A stretch of 59,142 bases of DNA, filler included. It is 4 parts of 4 records of this genome, joined end to end, with 100 filler letters (N's around TTAATTAATTAA, not from the genome) between each part and the next. Parts side by side here need not be neighbours in the genome. Positions count along the whole stretch, not along the records: positions 1 to 21,953 come from DRR723986_3505; 3 more parts are not named here. The stretch is one strand, 5' to 3'. Of this stretch, positions 9,348-19,236 are shown piece by piece. Made by a program: the position numbers and the translations under genes. The notes beneath the pieces were generated by a model that was not told the origin of the DNA, did no database searches, and saw only the letters and a list, made by a program, of their open reading frames with translations. Each line of letters begins with the position of its first letter. Positions within the stretch are counted from its first letter, which is position 1.

Positions 9348-10193
9348 TCAGGACCGTTCCCGCCGCGCCATGAATGCCAGGCGTTCGAACAGGTGCACGT
9401 CCTGTTCGTTCTTCAACAGCGCGCCATGCAGCGGCGGTATCAGTTTGGAGCTATCTTGTTGACGAAGGGTTTCAGGATCGATGTCTTCGTTCAGCAGCAG
9501 CTTGATCCAGTCGATCAGCTCCGAGGTAGAGGGCTTCTTCTTCAGTCCGGGGACGTCGCGTACGTCATAGAAGAGGCGCAGTGCCTCCGACAGAAGCCGT
9601 TGCTTGATGCCGGGAAAATGCACTTCAACGATTTCCGCCATGGTATCGGCATCGGGGAACTTGATGAAATGGAAGAAGCACCGGCGCAGGAAGGCGTCGG
9701 GCAGGTCCTTCTCGTTGTTTGATGTGATGATGACCACCGGGCGCCGCTTTGCACGGACGGTTTCACCGGTCTCGTAGACGTGGAACTCCATGCGGTCGAG
9801 TTCCAGGAGAAGATCGTTCGGAAACTCGATATCGGCCTTGTCGACTTCGTCAATCAGCAGAACCGGCCGCTCTTCAGCGTCGAATGCTTCCCAGAGCTTG
9901 CCCTTGCGAATGTAGTTGTTGATGTCCTTGACACGCTCGTCACCGAGCTGGCTGTCGCGCAAGCGCGAAACGGCGTCATATTCATACAGGCCCTGCTGAG
10001 CCTTGGTGGTGGATTTTACATGCCATTCGATCAGCGGGGCTTTCAGGGCGACCGCAACCTGTTCGGCGAGCACGGTCTTGCCGGTGCCGGGTTCACCCTT
10101 GATCAGCAACGGCCTCTCCAGGGCGACTGCGGCGTTGACCGCGACCCTCAGGTCTTCCGTGGCAATATAGCTTTCAGTTCCTTCAAATCGCAT
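9348..10193 (-). CDS. MoxR family AAA+ ATPase (CoxD-like)
   Basis: GEPGTGKT Walker A, LLIDEVDKADIEFPNDLL Walker B, LPDAFLRRC; start reassigned to ATG at 10193 (MRFEGTESY). Confidence 0.9.
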   Translation of the reverse strand: MRFEGTESYIATEDLRVAVNAAVALERPLLIKGEPGTGKTVLAEQVAVALKAPLIEWHVKSTTKAQQGLYEYDAVSRLRDSQLGDERVKDINNYIRKGKLWEAFDAEERPVLLIDEVDKADIEFPNDLLLELDRMEFHVYETGETVRAKRRPVVIITSNNEKDLPDAFLRRCFFHFIKFPDADTMAEIVEVHFPGIKQRLLSEALRLFYDVRDVPGLKKKPSTSELIDWIKLLLNEDIDPETLRQQDSSKLIPPLHGALLKNEQDVHLFERLAFMARRERS

Positions 10194-10424
10194 TTGGCCG
10201 TCCGTTTTTCCTAGGTTGGCCGCAAGGTGGCAGGCCACGCGCGGCTGTGCAAGCCCGTAAAAGGCAGGAGTGCCGGCGCACGGCAATTTTGAACATCTGC
10301 CACCGGCCAGAGCGGAAGTTTTTGCCTGTCGGGTCGTGACCTGCCGGGTTCTTTTTTCCGCTTCTGGAAAAGGAAAATTTCCTAAGTCTATGAAACAAAA
10401 CGATAAATTATGTCCTCGTCAAAC

Positions 10425-10439
10425 TGGCACGGCCTTTGC
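10425..10439 (+). promoter_or_regulatory. Sigma-54 (-24/-12) promoter of flgE-flgK-flgL
   Basis: TGGCAC-GGCCT-TTGC is an exact consensus match, 64 bp upstream of the flgE ATG; preceded by an AT-rich tract and an ftr-like CGGAAGTTTTTGCC (10313-10326). Confidence 0.8.
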
Positions 10440-10503
10440 GGAGGAAGGCCGATTATGGGCGTAAGCCCGCGTCGCAGTGCCCGATCTATAAAGAGGACCG
10501 CAA

Positions 10504-11895
10504 ATGGGTATTTATGGGGCTATCAACTCGGCTGTCTCCGGACTGGCTGCGCAGGCTACGGCTCTGGAGAATATTTCCGGTAACGTCGCAAACTCGCAGA
10601 CGACCGGTTACAAACGGCTCGACACGACCTTTTCGGATCTGGTTTCCGGGGGTGGGGCCAAGCAGGCCCAGCAGGTTTCCGGAACCACCTTCGCCACATC
10701 CCGCGCCACCAACACCGTGCAGGGTGATATCACGTCGGTCGACGTCGATACCTACATGGCCATCAACGGCGCTGGCTATTTCGTCGTGACCAAGGCGTCC
10801 GACGTGGTCGACGGCTCGACCACCTTCGCAGATGAGACCTACTACACCCGCGCCGGTGATTTCGAGCGCGACAAGGAAGGTTATCTGATCAACAGCTCCG
10901 GCTATTATCTGCAGGGCTTCCCGCTGGACCCGAACACCGGAAATGCGATCGGCGACAACCCGGCCGTCATCCAGATCGAGAACCAGCCACTGGCAGCATC
11001 CGCAACCACGACTGTGGACTACCAGGCTAACCTTCCTCGGGTTCCCGCGACTACCGACTATGATGGCACGGATGAAACCACTGCCCTCCTGAACGCTTCG
11101 GTTGGTGCCGGTAACGTTGCCGTTGCAGATGAAACCGACTTCCTGAACAGCTCCATTTCCGGCGGATCCACAACGATCTACAATCAGAACGGCACGGCGA
11201 TGAACGTCGAAATCCGTTATGCCAAGACCGCGAACTACGATGCTGGCCCGCCCATCGTGGAGGACGCCTGGTCGATGTATATCGGTACTGGCGGCGATGC
11301 GACCGATGCCTGGTATGATGTTGGTACCGTCCAATTCGACGATACCGGCGAGATGACGACCCTGACCGCCGGTGCCATGGCCGGTTCCGCAGTGAATGGT
11401 ACGGGCGACGGCTTTACAATCTCCTCGCTGACCATCGGCGGCACGACGGCAACGGACGTCGAGTTCTCCTTTGCCGACGGCTCCCTGACCCAGTATTCCG
11501 ACAAGGACGGCCGGGCCAGCTCCGTGTCGCTGGATCCGGATGGATATCCTGCAGGTGAGCTGATCGGGGTGGCTGTAGACGCTTCCGGCCGTGTCATTGC
11601 CAGCTATTCCAACAACCAGCAGCGTCCGGTTTACCAGATCCCGCTTGCGACGTTCGAGGCCGAGCAGGACCTGCAGCGCGTTGACGGTGCCGCGTTTGCG
11701 GCAACGGCCGGATCGGGAGACGCGGATCTTTCCGGAGGCGGGCAGATCCTGGCCAAGAAGCTGGAACTCTCCAATGCCGATATCGCGGACGAGTTTTCCA
11801 AACTGATCATCACCCAGCAGGCCTATTCGGCAAACTCGCGGATCGTCACCTCAGCAGACGAAATGCTCGACGATGCCCTGAATATGGTCCGGTAA
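10504..11895 (+). CDS. flgE: Flagellar hook protein FlgE
   Basis: AVSGLAAQ...ISGNVANSQTTGYK, YYTRAGDF, LELSNADIADEFSKLIITQQAYSANSR. Confidence 0.95.
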   Translation: MGIYGAINSAVSGLAAQATALENISGNVANSQTTGYKRLDTTFSDLVSGGGAKQAQQVSGTTFATSRATNTVQGDITSVDVDTYMAINGAGYFVVTKASDVVDGSTTFADETYYTRAGDFERDKEGYLINSSGYYLQGFPLDPNTGNAIGDNPAVIQIENQPLAASATTTVDYQANLPRVPATTDYDGTDETTALLNASVGAGNVAVADETDFLNSSISGGSTTIYNQNGTAMNVEIRYAKTANYDAGPPIVEDAWSMYIGTGGDATDAWYDVGTVQFDDTGEMTTLTAGAMAGSAVNGTGDGFTISSLTIGGTTATDVEFSFADGSLTQYSDKDGRASSVSLDPDGYPAGELIGVAVDASGRVIASYSNNQQRPVYQIPLATFEAEQDLQRVDGAAFAATAGSGDADLSGGGQILAKKLELSNADIADEFSKLIITQQAYSANSRIVTSADEMLDDALNMVR

Positions 11896-11968
11896 CACCG
11901 CCTAGGCCGGCGGGGCACTGACCCGCCGGCCATCTGGCCTGGTCGCGTATAAGGAAGGAGAAGCCGCC

Positions 11969-13822
11969 ATGGGTCTTACAAGTGCCCTGAATACCGCGGT
12001 TTTCGGAATCACCTACAATCAGCGTCAGCTGGACGTCACCGCGTCCAACATTGCGAACGCGGATACGGCCGGCTATTCGAAAAAAATAATTTCGGCGAAT
12101 GTCTATTTCGACGGCAACGGCAACGTCGCCGGAATGAATGCGACGGAAGTGCGCCGGATTGTCAACGAGCAGATCCAGTCCGACTATTTCAACTCTCTCG
12201 CCGACACCAGCTACTCCCGGCAGATTGCGGATTTTACCGACCGTCTGGACGATATTTTCGGCACGATCGACGACAAGAGTTCGTTGTCGTCCCTTGCAGG
12301 CAATCTTTCAGCTGCACTTGCCGGCCTGGTAAATGATCCGGGCAACTATGCCGTTCAAAAGGATGTGGTGTCAGCCGCCGAAGCTTTTGCGCGCGAAATC
12401 AACTCATCCTATGAGCAGATTGCGGACCTGCGCCAGGAAGCGGACAACGCACTGGCTTCCCAGACAGATAGCGTGAATGGCCTGCTCTCAAGCATCGAAG
12501 ACATTGACGAGGCGATCCAGAACGCGACCCAGTCCGGTGTTTCGACCGCCGACATGGAAGACGAGCGCGACCGGCTGATTGAGCAGTTGTCCGGTTATAT
12601 CGATATCGACGTCACCAAGAACGACAACAATTCAATTTCCATCCGCACCGCAAGCGGCGACCAGCTTTACGCAGACGGCCAGGCATCGACGCTGACCTTC
12701 GATGCCACGCATCTGCTGCAGCCGGGCCAGGCAGGCAACTCGGTGATGGTGAGAACGCCAGGCGGCACCCAGTTCGATCTCATTGCGTCGTCGAAATCAG
12801 GTTCGATGCAGGCAACTGCTGAACTGCGCGATGATATCCTGGTCGAGGCGCAGACACAGCTCGACACGATTGCTGCCGAACTGTCACTTGCCTTTTCCAA
12901 TGTGAATGTTGAAAGCACAGCTGCGACCGTCGGTCTGGACAGCGGTTTCGATCTCGATGTGTCCGCGCTTCAGCCGGGCAACACGATCACGCTGGATTAC
13001 ACCGACAGCAGCGGCAATCCGCAGACAGTCACTCTCGTGGCCGTGGACGATCCCGCCCTGCTGCCGCTGGACAACTCCGCTACGGCAAATCCGGGCGACA
13101 CGGTCTTTGGTATCGACATTTCCAGCGGTGTTCCGGCAACCTATATCACCAACATCACCGCAGCACTTGCCGGCACCGGTCTTCTTGTCAGCAATGACGG
13201 GTCGGACAACCTTCGGGTTCTGGGCGACAACACGGCGCCGACCAGCGTTGAAAGCCTGAGTGCGAATGTCACCGTGACGGCGAATTCCGATCAGGGATTG
13301 GGACTTGCGATCTTCGTTGACCAGCGGGCTGGGACGGACCTCTTCACCGATGCGCTTGAAGGCGGCGGCCAGCGGCTCGGTTATGCCTCCGGAATCAGCG
13401 TTAATCCGGATCTTCTGGCCGATAGCGCGCTTCTGGTGAACTATCAGACCACGCCGACACCGAACACGACCAACGATCCTGCGCGTGCGCAGTTCCTGTC
13501 GGATGCTCTCAGCGTCGGCACGAAACACTATGACCCGGGCTCGGGTATCGGCAGCGCGTCGACACCGTTCCAGGGAACGCTGCTGGGCTTTGTCAACCAG
13601 ACCGTCGCGTTTCAGGGCAACCAGGCGGAAGACGCAGCCACATATGCGGATTCGAAGGAAGCGCTGACCATGAACCTCGCCATTCGTTACGAGCAGAGCT
13701 ACTCGGTCGATCTCGACGCCGAACTGGCCTTCATGGTTCAGCTGGAAAACGCCTATGCGGCCAATGCCCGCGTCATGCAGACCATCAAGGAACTCTTCGA
13801 AGAGCTCCTGAACATCGTTTAA
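11969..13822 (+). CDS. flgK: Flagellar hook-associated protein FlgK
   Basis: VTASNIANADTAGYSK; C-terminal SVDLDAELAFMVQLENAYAANARV. Confidence 0.95.
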   Translation: MGLTSALNTAVFGITYNQRQLDVTASNIANADTAGYSKKIISANVYFDGNGNVAGMNATEVRRIVNEQIQSDYFNSLADTSYSRQIADFTDRLDDIFGTIDDKSSLSSLAGNLSAALAGLVNDPGNYAVQKDVVSAAEAFAREINSSYEQIADLRQEADNALASQTDSVNGLLSSIEDIDEAIQNATQSGVSTADMEDERDRLIEQLSGYIDIDVTKNDNNSISIRTASGDQLYADGQASTLTFDATHLLQPGQAGNSVMVRTPGGTQFDLIASSKSGSMQATAELRDDILVEAQTQLDTIAAELSLAFSNVNVESTAATVGLDSGFDLDVSALQPGNTITLDYTDSSGNPQTVTLVAVDDPALLPLDNSATANPGDTVFGIDISSGVPATYITNITAALAGTGLLVSNDGSDNLRVLGDNTAPTSVESLSANVTVTANSDQGLGLAIFVDQRAGTDLFTDALEGGGQRLGYASGISVNPDLLADSALLVNYQTTPTPNTTNDPARAQFLSDALSVGTKHYDPGSGIGSASTPFQGTLLGFVNQTVAFQGNQAEDAATYADSKEALTMNLAIRYEQSYSVDLDAELAFMVQLENAYAANARVMQTIKELFEELLNIV

Positions 13823-13835
13823 GGTTGGGTGCGTT

Positions 13836-15371
13836 ATGGCAGTTTCGAATATCACCACCTCCCGGACTTACCTGACCCGCCAGCTCGGCGAGCTCAACGA
13901 TCTGCTGGCAAGCAAGACAACCCAGCTCGCCAGAGGCAAGGTCGGTACCACATACGGCGAAGTAGGCGACCGCCGGCTTCTGGACATTCAGCTGACCCAG
14001 AAAGTCAGCATGATCGAGAGCTACCAGGACACCATCACCATCGCCAACTTGCACCTGCAGACCTCGACCATGTCGCTGGAACGTCTGGAGGATATCCGGC
14101 AGGATGCGAAATCTGCGCTCGATACCAACGATTTCGTGCTGCAGGACGACGGGCAGACGCAGACCCAGTCCCGCGCCAAACTGCTGTTGAACGAAGCGCT
14201 CAACATCCTGAACACGGAAGTCGCCGGATTTTACGTCTTTGGCGGCACGGATGCCGTTCAGGACCCGGTTGCAAAGATCGATGCCATTCTGGAAGGGGCG
14301 AACGGCCGGGACGGGCTGAAAACCGTCATGAGCGAGTATTCCCAGGCAAATCTGGGTGCCGGCAACAATGGCCGCACATCGACCTCCGCGCTGACAACCA
14401 ACTACGCCGGCCCCGTGCCGACGGATTCCACCTTCACCATTGCCGAAGATGGAGCACATGATTTCGGTTTCGACATCGCATCGGTTGCCTCGACCCTGAC
14501 CAACGTCGCGATCACCGGGCCTTCGGGCACTGATCCGGACAGCTTCGACGTTCAGTTCACCGGTCAGCCGGAACTTGGCGAGACCATCACTGTGGAATTC
14601 TCCCTGCCGCCTGATCACAGCGAGACGATCTCCATCGAGTTGACGGCAGCAAACAGCACGGCTGAAGACGGAACCTTCGCGATCGGCGCCGATCTTGAGG
14701 AAACGGCGCAGAACCTGCGCGATGCCCTGGAAGCGGAGATCGAGCACCAGGCTCAGACAACCCTTCGCGCCGTGTCGGACGAATGGGCGGCAGAAGAGTT
14801 CTTCAGGACGTTCGGCGGGGAAGAGCCGCAGCGGGTCGACGGACCTCCTTTCGATAGCGCAACCGCGCTGATCGGTGGCGGCTCAACGACTGTCGCCTGG
14901 TATACGGGCCGCAACACGGCCACCGACGATCCACGCACGGACAAGAACGCGGTGATCGACAGCAATCTCACGGTGAGCTACGGCGTCCGGGCCAATGAAA
15001 CACCCCTGCAGGAACTGGTCCAGTCGCTTGCGGCTTTCATTGCTGCGGATTTTTCGGGCGGCTCGACGATCGACGAAGAGTATTACAATACCCTGTCGAC
15101 CAACCTGCGCACGACCTTGCAGCCGCCAGGTGTCGATCAGTCCGGGATTACCGATATTGCCACGGACATTGCCATCACGCATCGGACAGTGTCGCTGACC
15201 GATGACCGGCATGTGCAAATGAAGAGCAGCTACGAAGGCACGATCGCGGATATCGAGGGAATCGACCAGGATCAGGTCGCCGCCGAGATCCTGCAATTGC
15301 AGACCAATATCGAGGTTTCCTACAGGGCCTCGTCGATCGTGTTCAACCTGACCCTGTCCGATTATCTCTAG
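13836..15371 (+). CDS. flgL: Flagellar hook-associated protein FlgL (flagellin-like)
   Basis: Follows flgK; QLARGKVGTTY, LNTEVAGFYVFGG, DIEGIDQDQVAAEILQLQTNIEVSY. Confidence 0.85.
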   Translation: MAVSNITTSRTYLTRQLGELNDLLASKTTQLARGKVGTTYGEVGDRRLLDIQLTQKVSMIESYQDTITIANLHLQTSTMSLERLEDIRQDAKSALDTNDFVLQDDGQTQTQSRAKLLLNEALNILNTEVAGFYVFGGTDAVQDPVAKIDAILEGANGRDGLKTVMSEYSQANLGAGNNGRTSTSALTTNYAGPVPTDSTFTIAEDGAHDFGFDIASVASTLTNVAITGPSGTDPDSFDVQFTGQPELGETITVEFSLPPDHSETISIELTAANSTAEDGTFAIGADLEETAQNLRDALEAEIEHQAQTTLRAVSDEWAAEEFFRTFGGEEPQRVDGPPFDSATALIGGGSTTVAWYTGRNTATDDPRTDKNAVIDSNLTVSYGVRANETPLQELVQSLAAFIAADFSGGSTIDEEYYNTLSTNLRTTLQPPGVDQSGITDIATDIAITHRTVSLTDDRHVQMKSSYEGTIADIEGIDQDQVAAEILQLQTNIEVSYRASSIVFNLTLSDYL

Positions 15372-15407
15372 GATCGCCCGGAACTTCCGGCTTTTCCCCG
15401 GGCGGTC
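15372..15407 (+). terminator. Hairpin immediately after flgL
   Basis: GATCGCCCGG...CCGGGCGGTC stem; weak U tract. Confidence 0.45.
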
Positions 15408-15641
15408 TTCGCTCACTGCTGCCTGGACTGCCGGTCAGGGCCGGGAAAGGCCTTGAAATATTCCCCCTTTGGGGAAACACTCTCCTGGTTGCCTTTCTTC
15501 CCGACGGATATCTTCTGGTGTCCAGTTCCAACCGGTTTGCCGCCGGGGCCTTTGGCAACGGCGCGTTCTTTTCATTATCCCTTTTCAAAAAACAGATCGC
15601 GGCATACCGCGTAAAGATCGACACCATGGGAGGGAGAGCCG

Positions 15642-15935
15642 ATGTGTCACGTATTTGCCGGACAGGATCCGGAACGCTATGCCAGCCAGACCCGGCGGTT
15701 GCGGCTCAACGGACAGAGCACCAGCATCCGACTGGAAAATTCCTTCTGGGCAATTCTGGATCAGATTGCCGCGTCGGAAGGGGTGACGACACCGCATTTC
15801 ATCTCGACGCTGCATTCAGAAGTGATCGAACTGCGCGGTGAACCGAAGAATTTCACATCGCTGTTGCGTTGCGCCTGCCTGAAGTTCCTCGAGATTTCGT
15901 CGAACCAGCACGCGGCTTCGATTGCCGCTGAATGA
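15642..15935 (+). CDS. Ribbon-helix-helix domain protein (RHH_4)
   Basis: TRRLRLNGQSTSIRLENSFWAILDQIA...NFTSLLRCACL; GGAGGGAG RBS. Confidence 0.85.
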   Translation: MCHVFAGQDPERYASQTRRLRLNGQSTSIRLENSFWAILDQIAASEGVTTPHFISTLHSEVIELRGEPKNFTSLLRCACLKFLEISSNQHAASIAAE

Positions 15936-16048
15936 CATTTTGCGCTGCAGCGCAAGTTTTACCGCTCGCAGTATAAGCATACTACCCGGGCGATAGTTGC
16001 CACGCGCTACGCTTCCGTCATGCAAATACAAGCAGAGCGGAGTAACGC

Positions 16049-16444
16049 GTGGCGAAAGCAATACATTCTATGATCCGTGTTCTGGAAGAGCACAGGTCTC
16101 TTTCCTTTTATGAAAAAGCATTCGGGCTGACCGTAGCGGATCGTCTGGATTTTCCCGATTTTACCCTGATCTACCTGCGCAACAGCGACTCCGGCTTCGA
16201 GCTGGAACTGACCGTCAACAAGGGGCGGACAGAGCCCTATGACCTGGGCGACGGCTATGGGCATCTGGCGTTCAGTGTCGATGACCTCGACAGCGAACAC
16301 GCACGCTTCGAAGCAGCAGGTCTCAATCCAAGAAAACTGGTCGATTTCGCACCGGCGGGAGACGTCATAGCGCGCTTCTTCTTCGTTGCGGATCCCGATG
16401 GCTATCAGATCGAGGTGCTTCAGCGCGGCGGTCGATACGAATGA
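16049..16444 (+). CDS. VOC/glyoxalase (lactoylglutathione lyase-like) protein
   Basis: IHSMIRV, ELELTVN, GDGYGHLAF, FFVADPDGYQIEV. Confidence 0.85.
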   Translation: MAKAIHSMIRVLEEHRSLSFYEKAFGLTVADRLDFPDFTLIYLRNSDSGFELELTVNKGRTEPYDLGDGYGHLAFSVDDLDSEHARFEAAGLNPRKLVDFAPAGDVIARFFFVADPDGYQIEVLQRGGRYE

Positions 16445-16467
16445 ATTGAATTGAACGGGAGGAGAGC

Positions 16468-16992
16468 ATGAAAACCGAAAACAGTCCGAGAGGTCTGACC
16501 AGACGACAGCTTCTGGCCCGGGCGACGGCGGCAGGCGCTGCCTTCGTCACCGGGACCGGGTTTCTGGCAGCAAGGGACGGCGCCTGGGCGACGGAGCTGA
16601 CGGCACTAAAGCCGGACAGTTTCGCGACGCTGGTGCAGATGGCGCGGGACATCTACCCGCACGACCATGTCGGCGACGAATACTATGTCATTGCCGTCAA
16701 GGGATATGACACGCCCGACCACGCCGAGGATATCGAGGCCGGTATCGAGGCCCTGAACGGAGCAGCCCAGGGGAGAGGGCATGCTTCCTATCTTGCGATC
16801 GGCTGGGAACGTGACAGGGCGGACCTGCTGCGGTCCATGGAGGACAGCCCGTTCTTTCAAAGGGTCAGGGGCGGATTGGTAACGGGTCTCTACAATCAGA
16901 AAGCAGTCTGGCCGCTGTTTGGCTACGAGGGAGCTTCCTACGAACTGGGCGGCTACATCGACCGGGGCTTCAACGACATCAACTGGCTTTGA
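16468..16992 (+). CDS. Tat-exported small subunit of a flavoprotein dehydrogenase (gluconate 2-DH subunit 3 / sorbitol DH-like)
   Basis: Twin-arginine signal TRRQLL; RDIYPHD; WPLFGYEG...GGYIDRGFNDINWL. Confidence 0.75.
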   Translation: MKTENSPRGLTRRQLLARATAAGAAFVTGTGFLAARDGAWATELTALKPDSFATLVQMARDIYPHDHVGDEYYVIAVKGYDTPDHAEDIEAGIEALNGAAQGRGHASYLAIGWERDRADLLRSMEDSPFFQRVRGGLVTGLYNQKAVWPLFGYEGASYELGGYIDRGFNDINWL

Positions 16993-17009
16993 GCCTTAGG
17001 GAGGAAACC

Positions 17010-18581
17010 ATGGCTGCACCATTTGACCTGAATGACGACACGGTTGTCGTCGTGATCGGAACGGGCGCCGGTGGCGGTGTGCTTGCCAACGAGCTGGCGC
17101 AGAAGGGCGTAAGTGTCGTGGCTCTGGAGGCGGGCGGACGCTATCTTCCGGATGATTATGTCAACGACGAGTGGGAAAGCTTCGGGCAGCTTGCCTGGGT
17201 CGACCCCAGAACCACGTCGGGCGACTGGCGGGTTGCAAAGGACTTTTCCGGCCTGCCGGCCTGGATCGTCAAGGCCGTCGGGGGGACCACCGTTCACTGG
17301 GCCGGGGCGTCGATCCGCTTCCAGCCACATGAATGGAAGGCAAAAACGTCCTACGGCAACGTCCAGGGAGCCAATCTGCTCGATTGGCCGCTGGATGCGG
17401 AGGAAATGGATCCCTGGTACACGCTTGCCGAAACAAAGCTGGGCGTGACGCGCACAGGGGGGCGGGCCGGACTGCCGGGCAACAACAACTACCTGGTGTT
17501 CGAAAAGGGCGCCAAGGCGCTCGGCTACAAGGAAGTCCATACAGGCCGGATGGCCATCAACTCGGCCGACTACGACGAGCGTATCGCCTGCCAGCAGACC
17601 GGTTTCTGTTTTCAGGGCTGCAAATGGGGAGCGAAGTGGTCCGCCGCCTACACGGATATTCCGCGGGGCGAGGCAACCGGAAATCTGGAAGTTCGCGACC
17701 AGGCCCATGTCGCACGAATCCTGCACGACGATGCAGGCAAGGTGACCGGGGTCGAATATTTCGACAAGGACGGCAATCTGCAGCTTCAGAAAGCCCGTGT
17801 CGTCTGCGTTGCCGGCAATTCCTTCGAAAGCCCGAGGCTGTTGCTGAATTCAGCGTCTTCCATGTTCCCGGACGGTCTTGCCAACAGCTCCGGCCAGGTC
17901 GGTCGCAATTACATGCGCCATACCACAGGCTCGGTCTATGCCATTTTCGACCAGCCGGTGAAGATGTGGCGTGGAACAACGATGGCGGGGATCATTCAGG
18001 ACGAAGCCCGTCACGACCCGTCCCGCGGCTTCGTCGGCGGATATGAACTTGAAACCCTGGCTCTTGGACTGCCGTTCATGGCGGCGTTCCTTGATCCGGG
18101 AGCGTGGGGCCGGGAATTCACAAGTGCGCTCGACGGTTACGAGAACATGGCAGGCATGTGGATCGTCGGTGAGGACATGCCCCAGGAAACCAACCGGGTC
18201 ACGCTCAATCATGATGTGAAGGACAGCTTTGGCCTGCCGGTTGCGAATGTCCATTTCGATGATCATCCCAACGACGTCGCAATGCGCAATCATGCCTACA
18301 AGCAGGGGATGGCCATCTACGATGCCGTCGGGGCGACCCGGACCTTCCCGACGCCGCCTTACCCGTCTACCCACAATCTGGGCACCAACCGGATGTCGGA
18401 AAATCCGCGGGACGGGGTGGTCAACCGCTGGGGGCAAACCCACGACATTGCCAATCTGTTCGTGTCGGACGGGTCCCAGTTCACCACGGGCGCTGCCGAA
18501 AACCCGACCCTGACGATCGTGGCACTAGCCATCCGTCAGGCCGATCATATCGCCCGGGAAATGAGTGCCGGCAATCTGTAG
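17010..18581 (+). CDS. GMC family FAD oxidoreductase with Cys-rich Fe-S motif
   Basis: IGTGAGGG FAD motif, VGGTTVHW, CQQTGFCFQGC, HNLGTNRM, NPTLTIVALA; GGGAGG RBS before ATG at 17010. Confidence 0.9.
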   Translation: MAAPFDLNDDTVVVVIGTGAGGGVLANELAQKGVSVVALEAGGRYLPDDYVNDEWESFGQLAWVDPRTTSGDWRVAKDFSGLPAWIVKAVGGTTVHWAGASIRFQPHEWKAKTSYGNVQGANLLDWPLDAEEMDPWYTLAETKLGVTRTGGRAGLPGNNNYLVFEKGAKALGYKEVHTGRMAINSADYDERIACQQTGFCFQGCKWGAKWSAAYTDIPRGEATGNLEVRDQAHVARILHDDAGKVTGVEYFDKDGNLQLQKARVVCVAGNSFESPRLLLNSASSMFPDGLANSSGQVGRNYMRHTTGSVYAIFDQPVKMWRGTTMAGIIQDEARHDPSRGFVGGYELETLALGLPFMAAFLDPGAWGREFTSALDGYENMAGMWIVGEDMPQETNRVTLNHDVKDSFGLPVANVHFDDHPNDVAMRNHAYKQGMAIYDAVGATRTFPTPPYPSTHNLGTNRMSENPRDGVVNRWGQTHDIANLFVSDGSQFTTGAAENPTLTIVALAIRQADHIAREMSAGNL

Positions 18582-18784
18582 TCCCGTGAGGGCCGGCTTC
18601 CGGAAGGCTGGGCTTTCAAAGCCCGGCCAACGCGGAGGTTCTGAATGGATTGCCGGGCTCGCACTGGGCCGGTGCTGAATATCTCATGGCTGCAAATCCT
18701 GCCCGCAGCTTGAGGACCCGCTGATCTCCGGTGGAGGCTTCCTCCGTTTCCGCTGGAGGAGGGCAGGTGAACGTTGCAGTCAAG

Positions 18785-18819
18785 AGAAAGGCCGCCGAGG
18801 TTACCCTGGCGGCCTTTCT
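18785..18819. terminator. Probable bidirectional intrinsic terminator between the GMC gene and flaF
   Basis: AGAAAGGCCGCC...GGCGGCCTTTCT 12-bp stem between convergent genes. Confidence 0.7.
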
Positions 18820-18870
18820 TGATCTTCTATCGTGTTTTCCGAGGCTGTTCTCGAACCGGCCGCACCGGGA

Positions 18871-19236
18871 TCAGGACCTCAGACCCTCGGCAATCGAACG
18901 ATTGATGCTGATGAGGGTATCGAGCTTGTTTTCATCGTCAGTCGTCATGACTGTCATGGTCTGCTTGAACACGAACACGCCCAGCGAGGCGATGTTGTTC
19001 TTGATGTCCTGAGGCAGTTCGCTTTCAGGACTGGTCGCGGACGTCACGAGAATTGTCCAGAGCTTGCGGTTGTACACCAGGGCGTCATCTTTTTCCGCAA
19101 GCGAGGAATTTGCCCATTCATCCTTGATCAACTGAAGCCGGGCTGCGGCCTTCATCAGCAGATTCGCTTCCAGCTCCCTCGGTGACATCGCCACCTGGCT
19201 TGTTTTCTGGTAAGCCTGCGCTGCCTGTTTGTACAT
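18871..19236 (-). CDS. flaF: Flagellar biosynthesis regulator FlaF
   Basis: AAQAYQK...SPRELEANLL...ALVYNRKLWTIL...LISINRSIAEGL. Confidence 0.9.
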   Translation of the reverse strand: MYKQAAQAYQKTSQVAMSPRELEANLLMKAAARLQLIKDEWANSSLAEKDDALVYNRKLWTILVTSATSPESELPQDIKNNIASLGVFVFKQTMTVMTTDDENKLDTLISINRSIAEGLRS

